A stretch of DNA of 64,000 nt from Eledone cirrhosa. Taxonomy: Eukaryota. Positions 41,604 to 56,271 of the stretch are shown one piece after another; within the stretch, counting starts at the first letter, position 1; each line of letters begins with the position of its first letter. Under the pieces are notes generated by a model that saw only the letters and a list, made by a program, of their open reading frames with translations, was not told the origin of the DNA and did no database searches. The position numbers were made by a program, and so were the translations under genes. The DNA lies in assembly GCA_964016885.1 (NCBI GenBank), contig OZ024740.1, positions 365,738,001-365,802,000 on the forward strand, written 5' to 3'.

Positions 41604-44600
41604 ACTCTTTTACTCTTTTACCTGTTTCAACCATCCGGCTGAGGCCATGCTGGGGCACCGCCCTTGTTGCTACACATTTTATCTCCAGCCTGTATAGGTT
41701 GGCCACTGGTGTAAGAGGGAGTTTGTTGCTGCTGCCCTTAGGTTTCCCTCGTGTCTTGCTGTGGGCTCATCCGGGATGCTGGATAACAAGGTGTCGAGAT
41801 ATTTCTTGAAGACATCCACCTCCACGTCATGCAAGTCTCTCAGTTCCCTCGACCCATGTTGAAGAGTTGAGAGCCCTTGAATCCCAGGCTATTGCAATAC
41901 CTGCTACTTATTCTAGATGTGGAAGACGGGACCTTTGACACCACACAGTGACGTCCTGTTCGACGGTTGGTCCAGCTCCCAATGCCAAAGTTTGGTGCTA
42001 GTCACTCCAGGATTTTCCACATGTAGATCACTGCGTATCTCTCCCGTCTTCGCTCCAAGGAGTAGAGGTTCAGATCCTTTAGCCTCTCCCAGTAGCTTGT
42101 CTCCCTCATCGTGGCAATCCTCTTGGTGTAGCTTCACTGGATTGCCTCAAGCTCCGTGGTTAGTTTGACACTATGGGGTGACCACAACTGGCAGCAGTAG
42201 TCCAGGCGGCTTAGGACAAATGTCCTCCATAGTGTCAACATGGTGTCTCGATCTCTTGTCCGGAAAGTCCTCAAGATCCAGCCAGCGAGTCGTCTGCACA
42301 TTGTCGCCACGTTCATGATGTGTGAAGAAAAAGATGCATCATCGCTCATGTCTATGCCCAGGTCTCGTATCGATTTTGACACAGGGATATCGGTCCCTCC
42401 TGGTCCTGTGTAGTTGTGTTCCACTATATTTGTGTTTGCAGGTTTGTTTGGAGGTTTGTATTGTAGGGCTTGGAATTTGCCAGCATTAAACTGCATGTTG
42501 TTTTCTTCCGCCCATTTGTATATGGCATCCAGATCCTGCTGTAAGAGGGCAGCGTCAGCCGGGTTTTTGATTTCCTGTGCTACCTTAGTGTCATCAGCAT
42601 AGCTAGTGAGGGATGTTGTTGTATGTACTACAGATGGCATGTCTGAGAGAGCCACCAAAAACAGTAGTGGTCCCAGGACTGTCCCCTGGGGCACCCCACT
42701 TGTTATTGGTGTTTCCTTTGAGAGGGCCCCATTTGCTGCGACTGCCTGGCTTCTGTCCCTTAGGAAGCCATGCAGCCACTCACCTACTTTTCCAGTTATG
42801 CCGAGTCCGTGTAGTTTGTGACATATCATTCCGTGGTCAACCTTGTCACAGGCCTTCGCAAAGTCAAGATATATCACGTCCACATGTGAGCTGTCTAGTA
42901 GTTGTCTCAGTACCCAGTCGTAGTGATGTAGCAGCTGTGTAAGGCAGCTTCTTCCTGGGCGGAAGCCATGTTGCGTGCTAGTCAGGTGGTCATTTTCCTC
43001 GAGGAAAGTGATCAGTTTCTTTCTGACGACTCGCTCCATGACCTTACTGATATGCGACGTCAGGGAGACTGGCCTATAGTTTTTGACCTCCGCTCTGCTA
43101 CCTCCTTTATGGATAGGGCATATTGTGCCTTCTTTCAGCTCCCTGGGTAGTACACCGCTAGCCAAGGAGCTTCTGAAGAGCATCTTCAGTGGAGTTGCTA
43201 AGGCCCGCTTACATATTTTTAAGAGAGCTGCTGGGAATCCATCAGGTCCAGCAGCCGAGTCTGTTCTAATTTCATCAATGGTGTACACCACATCCTCCTC
43301 CGTTATGTCTATGTGGTTGATGGTTGCCATTTCTTCATGTAGTGTTGTGGCATCAAAGAACTCCTCTGGCTTCGTTATTTGCATGTGCCTCAGTGGTCAT
43401 GTGAACACACTTTTGTACTGTTCGTTCAGTATTTCACATATCTCTTGGGGGTTTTCGGTTAATGAACCGTCCGTATGGAAGAGTGGCCCAATCTTGCAGT
43501 GTACTGAGGCAGTTTCTTTTGCAAATTTAAAGAAGGCCTTAGGGTTTGTTTTAATGTTTTCTATGGCCCTGTTCTCTTTCTTTGCCCTCTCATTCTAATG
43601 GGAAAGCTTGAGTGCAATCTCGGTGCCAAGTAATGCACATTTCAAATAGGATTCCTTCTTTTTGTTTTGTTGACTATTCAACTGGTTTGAGAGTTTAGTT
43701 CTACGTCTCATAAGGATTTTCCTATCTCTGGAAATAAGATTTTTGTGTCTGTTTGCCTCTTTCTCCGGGACAAACTTTTTGCATATAGTGTGTATCGTTG
43801 TCATGAAGTGTTGAAATTGTGTGTTAGTGTCTTGTGTGGCGGTGTTTTCACTCCATGTTTGCTTCCGGATTTCTCTCTTAATCTTTTTCCAGTTAGCCTT
43901 GTAGAAGTTAAGGCTGGATAACGTCCCGGAGCTTCTTGGTGGTTTTGTCTCTGTTGGTTCTCCTGCACCACATATCATTAGCTCTACTAAGTTATGATCC
44001 GAGAGAATTGCTGGTGTCAACTTTACATTGTGGATGAGCACTTCATTGTTTGTAAAACAGAGGTCCAGGACATTTTCGCCTCTTGTAGGGAGGAGTATTG
44101 CTTGCTCCATGAACAGCCTGTGTGTGAGGGCCAGCAGGGATTCCGTCTGTCTCTGTTCTATTGACGTCATTCCAGGGAGGAGGTGGCCCTCAGGCCAATT
44201 GACCTTTGGTAGGTTGAAGTCTCCCAGCAGTAGGATGTTGAGACCCTGGTCCAGTTTGTCAAGGACCTCTTCTATCCTACTTAGGCTATCCACAAATTTA
44301 CCCTCATGACTGGGGGCATCGGGCGGCCGATATGTGACACATATTACTGTCTGTAGTTGCTTCATATGTACTATCAGTGTGTCACAGACTGAGTTTGAAT
44401 GTGTCAACAGTACAATTGGTGTGACATCTTCACGGATATACAGAGCAACCCCATCATGAGTTCTCTCCTTCCTCTCCGAACGAAATACAGTATATTTCGG
44501 TATATGTATTTCTGCATCTGCTATACTGCTTGTCAGGTGCGTTTCGGTTAGTGCCATGCATAGTGCTTGATTGCTTATGGCTAAGTCTCCCAGGTAGGAA

Positions 44601-45208
44601 ATTTTACTCATGTTACTGAGTTTCACCAGGCCTCTGACATTCAGCAGCAGCACTGGTGTGACTTTTGGGGTGCCAGTAATGGCTGTTGGTATGACAGCGG
44701 CAGCCACTCTGGCTCCCTTAACTGTGGTGGTCTCGAGTGCCAGTGTGGATGACCCTGGCTCTGGAGACGATGCAGCCAGGTCAGCTGTCCCACAATCTTC
44801 TCTGCCATCACTAAAAAATTTTTCTGCTCTGCTGCTGCCATCTGTATCTCGTCAGCATGTGCGTGCCTTCTCCTTGTTGGTGCGGCACGCGCGACATCAG
44901 CATACTTCTGGAGCGGCTTATTTCGGCTTTGGCTGGGGCATGTTGCGCGAGTATGATGGGCATAGTTCGTTTGAGACCTAGGGTGGGCGAATCTGCATCC
45001 CATCCCTGTCTCTCCATGCCAGCATGTCCCGTTCTTGAAAAACTTGCACATTACTTGGGTTTTTTTGCTCCCAGTGTCTCGGTGCTTTCTGTTCTTCCTT
45101 TAAACAGTTGTCCACTGGTCCCTCTGCGCTTGGTTCTCCTTCGGAAGGTGATTTCGCTTTTCACCTTTGCCCTTTGCTTGTTGGTTGCCCGGCCTGCCCT
45201 CCCTGCCT
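41604..45208 (-). mobile_element. Second CR1-group LINE (ORF1 with CCCH finger, APE endonuclease, RT; several stops)
   Basis: 44641..45051 [23 protein letters not shown]; 43595..44707 LNVRG, TETHL, YRPP, GDFNLP, SDH; 42134..43384 RT with YADD; tail (GTAAAAGA)n. Confidence 0.93.
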
Positions 45209-45353
45209 ATATATACATATATATATATACATATATATATATACATATATATACATATACATATATATATATACATATATATATATACATATATATATAT
45301 ACATAAATATATATATATACATACATATATATATATATACATATCTATATATA

Positions 45354-45418
<65 letters not shown>

Positions 45419-45441
45419 GTATATATATATATATATATATA

Positions 45442-45506
<65 letters not shown>

Positions 45507-45529
45507 GTATATATATATATATATATATC

Positions 45530-45589
<60 letters not shown>

Positions 45590-45590
<1 letters not shown>

Positions 45591-47446
45591 CTAGAGAATC
45601 GATCTAGATGAAATGCAGTTCGGGTTTGTGTCAAGCAAAAGTACCACAGACGCTCTTTTCATTGTACGACAACTACAGGAGAAGTACCTAGCTAAAAGTA
45701 AACCCCTATACTTAGCCTTTGTCGACTTGGAGAAAGCCTTCGACAGAGTCCCCCGTTCCATTATCTGGTGGGCTCTTAGAAAACTAGGTGTTGACGAATG
45801 GCTTGTGTGAGCTAGACAAGCCATGTATAAAGAAACAGTCAGCAAGGTTAGAATTAACAACGAATATAGTGAAGAGTTTAGCGTAAAAGTTGGTGTCCAT
45901 CAGGGCTCTGTTCTTAGCCCCCTACTATTTATTATTGCTCTTCAGGCTATAACAGAGGAGTTCAAGACCGGCTGCCCATGGGCACTCCTATACGCAGATG
46001 ACCTAACGCTCATAGCTGAATCAATGGCCGAGCTAGAGAAGAAATTCCAAACATGGAAGCACGGCCTAGAATCAAAAGGCCTTAAAATTAACCTGGCTAA
46101 GACTAAAGTTCTAGTTTGTAGGAAAGAAAATAAGGCGCCGGTCCCTTCCGGGAAATGGCCATGCTCAGTGTGTAGGAAAGGTGTAGGTAGAAACTCCATT
46201 TTATGTCCCAAATGCAAAGTATGGGTGCATAAAAGATGTAGTGGGATCACAGGTAAGCTAACTAAGAACATAGATTTTACATGTGGCCGGTGCTCTGGTG
46301 CAATAAGTAGCAGCAAGTGCCCACTAAATACTAGCTCTTTCAATTGCGCAGAGGGTTCTATAGAAATAGTGGACAGCTTCCGTTACCTGGGTGACAAAAT
46401 CAGCAGTGGGGGAGGGTGCTCTGAAAGTACAGTAGCTAGAGTCAGAACTGGATGGAAAAAGTTCAGAGAGCTTATACCACTATTAGCCGCTAAAGGGTTC
46501 TCCCTAAAAATGAAAGGCAGGTTGTATGATGCCTGCATACGAACAGCAATGTTGCATGGCAGTGAGACCTGGGCATTGTGTGCAGAGGATATACGCAAAC
46601 TAGAGAGGAACGAAGCTTGCATGCTCCACTGGATGTGTAATAGTAATATACGCGAACGGCAAAGAATAAACGAACTAAGGAAAAAATTAGAAATAAGAGG
46701 GATCAGATGTTGTTTACTCGAGAGAAGGCTACGTTGGTATGGTCACGTGATGCGCATGAAAGACAACAGCTGTATAGCAAAGTGCAGGGCAATAAAGATA
46801 GACGGTAGCCACGGAATAGGCAGACCCAGAAAAACCTGGGACGAGCTGATAAATTCCGACCTCACACACTTACACCTCTCCAAGACAATGTCACTGGACC
46901 GAGACCTTTGGCGGTACTCAGTAATAGAGAAGACCCGCCTTACCTAAATACAAAGTAAAACCTATTACAGTCAGTAGGCATCTCTAACAAAATACACCCC
47001 TGTCCCACCACCACCACCCCATCCAGACCGCCCCTTTCAATGTAAAGTTATGTTGGTGCCACAAAATCCAGGCCGAAACAAATGAGATCGTGTAGGTGTC
47101 ACGACAAAAAAACACACAGTCCACGCTGTAATGTGACCGTGTAGGCAACACGGTAAAAACCTCCCAGTCCCACACTGTAAATGTGGTTGGTGTTAGGAAG
47201 GGCATCCAGCTGTAGAAAACCCGCCAGACAGTCCACGCTGTAATGTGGCCGTGTAGGCAACACGGTAAAAACCTCCCAGCCCCACACTGTAAATGTGGTT
47301 GGTGTTAGGAAGGGCATCCAACTGTAGAAAACCCGCCAGACAGTCCTATGCGAGCAAGACAACCACTCTTGCCTCAAGTGGGAAAACTCCCGTCCAAACC
47401 CATGCAAGCGTGGAACATGGACGTTAAACGATGATGATGATGATGA
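45590..47446 (+). mobile_element. 5'-truncated RTE family A
   Basis: ORFs 45613..45810 and 45823..46947; duplicated 3'UTR module; (GAT)n tail. Confidence 0.96.
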
Positions 47447-48361
47447 TATATATATATATATATATATATATTAGGTATAGGATTATCCAAGATGTAGTGA
47501 TGGTTAATTACTACACTGGATATGGTTGACGTACGGTAAGAGGTTACTCTACGAGTTATGGAAGAATTGTTCAAGAAACTTAGTTCCTGATCCTTCAGTA
47601 TTCCGGAGTGTATATAAAGAATGAATAATAACAGGTAGACATCATAAAAAGGTAGTTTATTCCGTGTGCTTACAAGTGTTTCCACGGTGGTGCTGCAGCA
47701 CGATAGAATTGAACGATCATTATACTGCAACCACAAACTAAAAGCTAAATTCTCTCACTATAACATAACTTAACATTCCACGGTGGTGCTGCAGCACGAT
47801 AGAATTGAACGATCATTATACTGCAACCACAAACTAAAAGCTAAATTCTCTCACTATAAAATAACTTAACATTCGAACCCGTAACTACAACACCACTTTC
47901 TAGCTAACAACCTTCTCTTCCCCCCACACTACAAGACAATACACTGCTTATCACTATACATGGTAACTCAGTACAACTCCTAGAATACTACTACAAAACC
48001 AAAAGTTCACTCACCACACATATTTATCTGTCCCCTCTCTACCTATATATCTCTCTCTACATCCATTACACTCTCTCTCTCTCACCTTTGACCTACCTCC
48101 CTCTCAACATTTATGAACCTGCCCTCTGGCGCAATAAATAATTCCGACCTCAACTATCTACGCATCTCTCCAAAAGTAACTAATAAAACCCCTACCATAA
48201 CATTTTGATTAAGATATCTACAAGCCACTCTCTCCTACTTCTCCAACCCCTGCATATCTTTCCTTCTCTCTCCTTCTTCCCTACTTTTCTCTCTTCCTGT
48301 TCCACTCTATCTTCCCCAACAACCCCACTTAAGGGTTTTTTACATTGTATATTTACCATTC

Positions 48362-48473
48362 TGCTCTGAGGAAACAGTGGTCACAGCATTGGATATTCGA
48401 GTTCTGCAAATACTTGTGAATTTGCATGTAGCGGAACTAGGCTGCAGCACCACCGTGGAAACACTTGTAAGCA
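48362..48473 (+). ncRNA. pLTR hammerhead with 85-nt stem II domain
   Basis: tgct-CTGAGGA-aacagtggt...accaccgtg-GAAAC-actt-GTA-agca. Confidence 0.85.
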
Positions 48474-48718
48474 CACGGAATAAACTACCTTTTTATGATG
48501 TCTACCTGTTATTATTCATTCTTTATATACACTCCGGAATACTGAAGGATCAGGAACTAAGTTTCTTGAACAATTCTTCCATAACTCGTAGAGTAACCTC
48601 TTACCGTACGTCAACCATATCCAGTGTAGTAATTAACCATCACTACATCTTGGATAATCCTATACCTAATAATCGCCTCCTACACAGTTGAGCAACCACA
48701 CCGACACACGGCATTAAT

Positions 48719-51046
48719 ATGGAAAGGCATCATATAGGTATGTCACTTAAAAACATACCTATACCTAACAAAAGGGAATATATTCTCAGTATGATTCAAC
48801 GCAGTAACGACTTCATTCGGCGTGTACGATGGAAAGCTTTCCACTTCGATAAAGGACGCGCCAGTCACTCGTCTGAATCATATGGTTTTAGATCATGTAA
48901 AAACCCACCTACAAACCCTCACCTCGAAGCTTTCGAACAGGACTTATTGAAAACTACCATGAACATTAAGTTCAACAGACATAGAAATAATGAGCTGCAG
49001 AACAACATGAAAGCACTACTCCGAAGATTACAAAATACCAATGGAATTGTTGTGAAAGCTGACAAGACTTCTAACGTGTATACCATGGATATCGATACGT
49101 ATAATAACTTCATACGCAACGAACTACACAAAAAATATAGAAAAACAAATGAAACTACGCTAGCAAATATTAACAACGAGGCATATAAAGTGGTAAAGAA
49201 TCTCAAGATAGACGATAGAACCGAGCCGATTATACCCGCTACCCCCACCTTCAACCTGAAGGACCATAAGGTAAATTTTGACTCTAACCCTAAGATTAGA
49301 CTTATATGCCCTTCTAAATCAGACATAGGGAAAATTAGTAAACATATACTTGACAGAGTAATAACTCAAGTGAAAAAGAAAATTGAAATTAAATTATGGG
49401 GCAACACTAGCGAAGCAATTCGCTGGTTTAATAATGTTAAGAATAAGAATAAATATAAGTTTATACAATTTGACATAGACGAATACTACTCTTCCATCTC
49501 ACCAAGCGCTTTACGTAAGGCCCTATCGTTTGCTAAGGCCAATTCCGACCTAACGGAGGACGAAATTAATATTATTCTCGAGGCTAGAAAAACCATTATT
49601 AAGTTCGATAACTGCTACTGGGAACGTAAGGACAGACCCACAAATTTCGATATTACCATGGGTTCCAACGACTCGGCGGAGGTCACGGATCTCGTGGGAA
49701 TTTACATAGCCCACATATTACATAGTAGATTTAGTAATCTACAGGGGGGGATATACAGAGATGACGGGCTCTTATTAGTTAATAACTTGAATAACCAAAA
49801 TCTTGAAAGGCTACGGAAAAATATTAGAAAATCTTTTAGTGAACTGGGTCTAAAAATAACATACGAATACAATCTTAAGGTAGTAAACTTTCTGGACGTA
49901 ACTCTTAATTTAAATACCGGACAGATACGACCCTTCCACAAGGTAAATGAGAACCTTACGTATATCGACTTTAACTCTAACCACCCACTCTCCATGATCA
50001 AATCAGTTCCCCGGAGTATTTCTCTTAGAATCTCTCGCCTATCGTCTAACTCTGATATTTTTAGCGAACATGCTGAATACTACAATAATGCATTAAGGAA
50101 TGCTGACCACCGGGATACAATAGAATACATCGATAGTAATTTCCACAACACGCATAGCTCTACACGTAATCAAGGTATACGTAACCGGGGGACTAAAACA
50201 CAAGCACACACACACTGTACTACCAGACATACTAATAATAGAAGATCACCACCAAATAAATCACGTTGTAGAAAGTATATCTGGTATAATCCTATTTTTA
50301 ATGCCTCGATTAGTACAAAACTATCTCTTTCATTCTTTAAATTAATCAATAAACACTTCCCTAGTTCCCATAAGTACAGCAAAATTCTGAACTCCAAAAC
50401 TATTAGACTATCATACTCCACGGCACCAAACCTTGAAGCATACATAAAAAAACTTAACTTAAGGCAATTAAACAACTCTACAAAACAAAACATTTTAGTA
50501 ACAGATGGGCAGAACGCAATATCTGCCTCCCAACCACTAAATGGGAGACGGGTATTGCACAACCCACCTGTACCGCTATCACAACCTATCCATGGTATAC
50601 CCGCTACCCACAACAAAGCATGTAACTGCCATCTACCTGAAAGATGTCCATTGCAGAATGAATGCCTAAAGTCCAACATTGTTTACCAATGCACGGTTGA
50701 ATCGGACGACCAGAAATGGTATTATATCGGATCTACCACCACATCGTTTAAATCTCGCTGGTACCGTCATCGATTCTCAATCAAACATCAGAATCACCGT
50801 TTTGTGACCACGCTCGCCAACAAGACCTGGCAACTCCGTGAACACAACCAACAGTTCACCATAAAATGGGATATACTTTCCAGCGCAAATGCATATCGGA
50901 GTGGTTTGAAGTACTGCAGGTTATGTAACCTTGAGCTATTTTACATACTAAAATCCAAAAACAAACTACTTAACGATAGAATTGAACGATCATTATACTG
51001 CAACCACAAACTAAAAGCTAAATTCTCTCACTATAAAATAACTTAA
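48719..51046 (+). CDS. PLE reverse transcriptase plus C-terminal GIY-YIG endonuclease, 775 aa
   Basis: SLKNIP, KADKT, FIQFDIDEYY, TMGS, GIYRDDGL, VNFLDV, SNHP, CNCxxxxxCPLxxxC, IVYQC..YYIGST, CRLCNLE. Confidence 0.95.
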   Translation: MERHHIGMSLKNIPIPNKREYILSMIQRSNDFIRRVRWKAFHFDKGRASHSSESYGFRSCKNPPTNPHLEAFEQDLLKTTMNIKFNRHRNNELQNNMKALLRRLQNTNGIVVKADKTSNVYTMDIDTYNNFIRNELHKKYRKTNETTLANINNEAYKVVKNLKIDDRTEPIIPATPTFNLKDHKVNFDSNPKIRLICPSKSDIGKISKHILDRVITQVKKKIEIKLWGNTSEAIRWFNNVKNKNKYKFIQFDIDEYYSSISPSALRKALSFAKANSDLTEDEINIILEARKTIIKFDNCYWERKDRPTNFDITMGSNDSAEVTDLVGIYIAHILHSRFSNLQGGIYRDDGLLLVNNLNNQNLERLRKNIRKSFSELGLKITYEYNLKVVNFLDVTLNLNTGQIRPFHKVNENLTYIDFNSNHPLSMIKSVPRSISLRISRLSSNSDIFSEHAEYYNNALRNADHRDTIEYIDSNFHNTHSSTRNQGIRNRGTKTQAHTHCTTRHTNNRRSPPNKSRCRKYIWYNPIFNASISTKLSLSFFKLINKHFPSSHKYSKILNSKTIRLSYSTAPNLEAYIKKLNLRQLNNSTKQNILVTDGQNAISASQPLNGRRVLHNPPVPLSQPIHGIPATHNKACNCHLPERCPLQNECLKSNIVYQCTVESDDQKWYYIGSTTTSFKSRWYRHRFSIKHQNHRFVTTLANKTWQLREHNQQFTIKWDILSSANAYRSGLKYCRLCNLELFYILKSKNKLLNDRIERSLYCNHKLKAKFSHYKIT

Positions 51047-51537
51047 CATTCGAACCCGTAACTACAACACCACTTTCTAGCTAACAACCTTCTCTTCCCC
51101 CCACACTACAAGACAATACACTGCTTATCACTATACATGGTAACTCAGTACAACTCCTAGAATACTACTACAAAACCAAAAGTTCACTCACCACACATAT
51201 TTATCTGTCCCCTCTCTACCTATATATCTCTCTCTACATCCATTACACTCTCTCTCTCTCACCTTTGACCTACCTCCCTCTCAACATTTATGAACCTGCC
51301 CTCTGGGGCAATAAATAATTCCGACCGCAACTATCTACGCATCTCTCCAAAAGTAACTAATAAAATCCCTACCATAACATTTTGATTAAGATATCTACAA
51401 GCCACTCTCTCCTACTTCTCCAACCCCTGCATATCTTTCCTTCTCTCTCCTTCTTCCCTACTTTTCTCTCTTCCTGTTCCACTCTATCTTCCCCAACAAC
51501 CCCACTTAAGGGTTTTTACATTGTATATTTACCATTC

Positions 51538-51649
51538 TGCTCTGAGGAAACAGTGGTCGCAGCATTGGATATTCGAGTTCTGCAAATACTTGTGAATTTG
51601 CACGTAGCGGAACTAGGCTGCAGTACCACCGTGGAAACACTTGTAAGCA
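51538..51649 (+). ncRNA. 3' pLTR hammerhead (second copy)
   Basis: Same motif as 48362-48473, 3176 nt downstream. Confidence 0.85.
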
Positions 51650-51699
51650 CACGGAATAAACTACCTTTTTATGATGTCTACCTGTTATTATTCATTCTT

Positions 51700-53402
<1,703 letters not shown>

Positions 53403-53434
53403 ATATATATATACATATATATATATATATACAC

Positions 53435-53485
<51 letters not shown>

Positions 53486-53488
53486 CAC

Positions 53489-53548
<60 letters not shown>

Positions 53549-53559
53549 ATACATATATA

Positions 53560-54080
<521 letters not shown>

Positions 54081-54081
54081 C

Positions 54082-54114
<33 letters not shown>

Positions 54115-54115
54115 C

Positions 54116-54570
54116 AATATTAAATAAATGGAAACTATATTTATAAAACCATATTTATTTCATTATATATATTTCAGGGATATCATATTAAAAATATGTT
54201 ATGCCTTCCTCAGACAAAATACAATATAAACAGTCTTATAAATAGATAGATTCGACATACCTTTCAACATCGACTTCAATTTGAAAAGTTGAATTTGTAC
54301 AAATTCAACTTTTCAAATTGAAGTCGATGTTGAAAGGTATGTCGAATCTATCTATTTATAAGACTGTTTATATTGTATTTTGTCTGAGGAAGGCATAACA
54401 TATTTTTAATATGATATCCCTGAAATATATATAATGAAATAAATATGGTTTTATAAATATAGTTTCCATTTATTTAATATCATAAATATACTCCAAATAC
54501 TTGTTGAGTGCTTTTATATCAGTTATAAATATTTACTCGTTGTTAACCCAACAATTTAAATAAAACTTTG
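54116..54570. repeat. Fold-back PLE 3' end (family X), perfect palindrome
   Basis: ~180-bp arms centred on ttgtacaa at ~54298. HHR CTGAGGA 54384...GAAA 54422. The right arm is ~90 bp longer. Confidence 0.9.
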
Positions 54571-54571
54571 C

Positions 54572-54780
<209 letters not shown>

Positions 54781-54783
54781 CAT

Positions 54784-54841
54784 AGGAACCAGTAAGACCC
54801 CGACGGCTGAGCTCAAGCCGTTTCGACGGCTAATTCTGGAC
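54784..54841 (-). repeat. Family Y short arm
   Basis: Matches 39556-39613. Confidence 0.8.
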
Positions 54842-55033
54842 ATTTCAAAAACAAATATCATCATGCAATAACATTTGTGTTTTCATCAGATAAAAAAAAA
54901 TATATATATATATATATATAAATATATATAACTATATATAAATTTATATATATATATATGAATATATATAACTATATATAAATTTATATATATATATATA
55001 AATATATACAACTATATATAAATTTATATATAT

Positions 55034-55517
55034 ATCATCATCATCATCATCACCGTTTTACGTCCGTTCTTCCATGCTAGCATGGGTTAGAGGGGTTGTC
55101 CTATTGTGGGCAGTGTCTGGTCGGCTGACCATGCCTTGCTCATACAGGAACTGATTTGGCTTGATTTCTACAGCTGGATGCCCTTCCTAACACCAACCCC
55201 ATTTACAGTGAGTGCTGGGTGCTTTTTCGTGGCGCCTACACGTCCACTTTACAGTGTGGGCTGGGTGCTTTTTTGCCGTGGCACCTCCACGACCACCTTG
55301 AGGTGGGGGGTGTGGGGGCATATTGTCTATATGCTTCAGCTTGAACCTATAGGAGGTCGGGTACTCTGTATTACTGCGTGACGCCAGAGGTCACGGTCGT
55401 GTGTCATTGCCTTTGAGAGGTGTAATGTAATTGGGTAAGGTCGGCTTTTATCACCTCATCCCAGGTCATCTTGGGTCTCCCCACTCCGCGGTTTCCATCA
55501 ACTTCTAGTGCTCTGCA
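55034..55517 (-). mobile_element. RTE family C 3' end
   Basis: Homologous to 53008-53402 and extends to CRALEVDG..GRPKMTWDEV. Confidence 0.9.
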
Positions 55518-55549
55518 TATAAATATATATAACTATATATAAATATATA

Positions 55550-55627
<78 letters not shown>

Positions 55628-55872
55628 AATATATATAACTATATATAAATATATATATATATATAAATATATATAACTTTTCAATACCCAAATTACTTTA
55701 TCGTTTTTTTTGGCTATGCGAATGATTGTTTAACCATCGTCTCAGTGTGTTTGGCCTTTAACGTTTGTTATAGCTCTGGTTCATCTGAATCATTGAGCAC
55801 TTGCCTCACATCTCGGAGGTTGTTTTTCGTTATTTCGTGAGCCGAAATGCGAATCTCGATAATTTATGTTTG

Positions 55873-55929
<57 letters not shown>

Positions 55930-55930
<1 letters not shown>

Positions 55931-56066
55931 ACGAAGGAAATGTGGTAAGGAACCAGATGGACCATAACGCACCAAAGTACTCAATACTTAAGGTAGTAGA
56001 GTGGGTAATAGGAACGAGTAGGACCCCGACGTCTGAGCTGAAGCCGTCGGGGTCCTACTCGTTCCT
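55930..56066. repeat. Family Y fold-back copy
   Basis: Homologous to 32329-32494. Both arms carry the same variant bases (gaacgagtaggacccc). Confidence 0.8.
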
Positions 56067-56171
56067 ATATATATATATATATATAAATATATATAACTAT
56101 ATATAAATATATACATATATATAGCAGTAAATAAAGGATCATGAGTTCATGGAATTGACTTATGTTTCGTT

Positions 56172-56242
<71 letters not shown>

Positions 56243-56271
56243 TATATAACTATATATAAATATATATATAT

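Larger units (their letters stand above)
47471..51700 (+). mobile_element. Apparently intact Naiad-type Penelope-like element
   Basis: Direct pLTRs 47796-48524 and 50973-51700 (about 7 differences by eye) overlap the ORF end. Inverted 5' segment 47471-47698 is the reverse complement of 48441-48669. (AT)n on both sides. Confidence 0.95.

Noticed and set aside
48719-51046. Selenocysteine-encoding Naiad (in-frame TGA), reported for some members of the clade
   Set aside because: The ORF is fully open with Cys at the finger positions, and so is the ORF at 23700-25046.
55675-55875. Short unique islands between AT tracts (also 13030-13350, 19463-19570, 21391-21470, 56122-56172, 62240-62370)
   Set aside because: Probably truncated element tips, but I could not find a motif, ORF or second copy to support a call.
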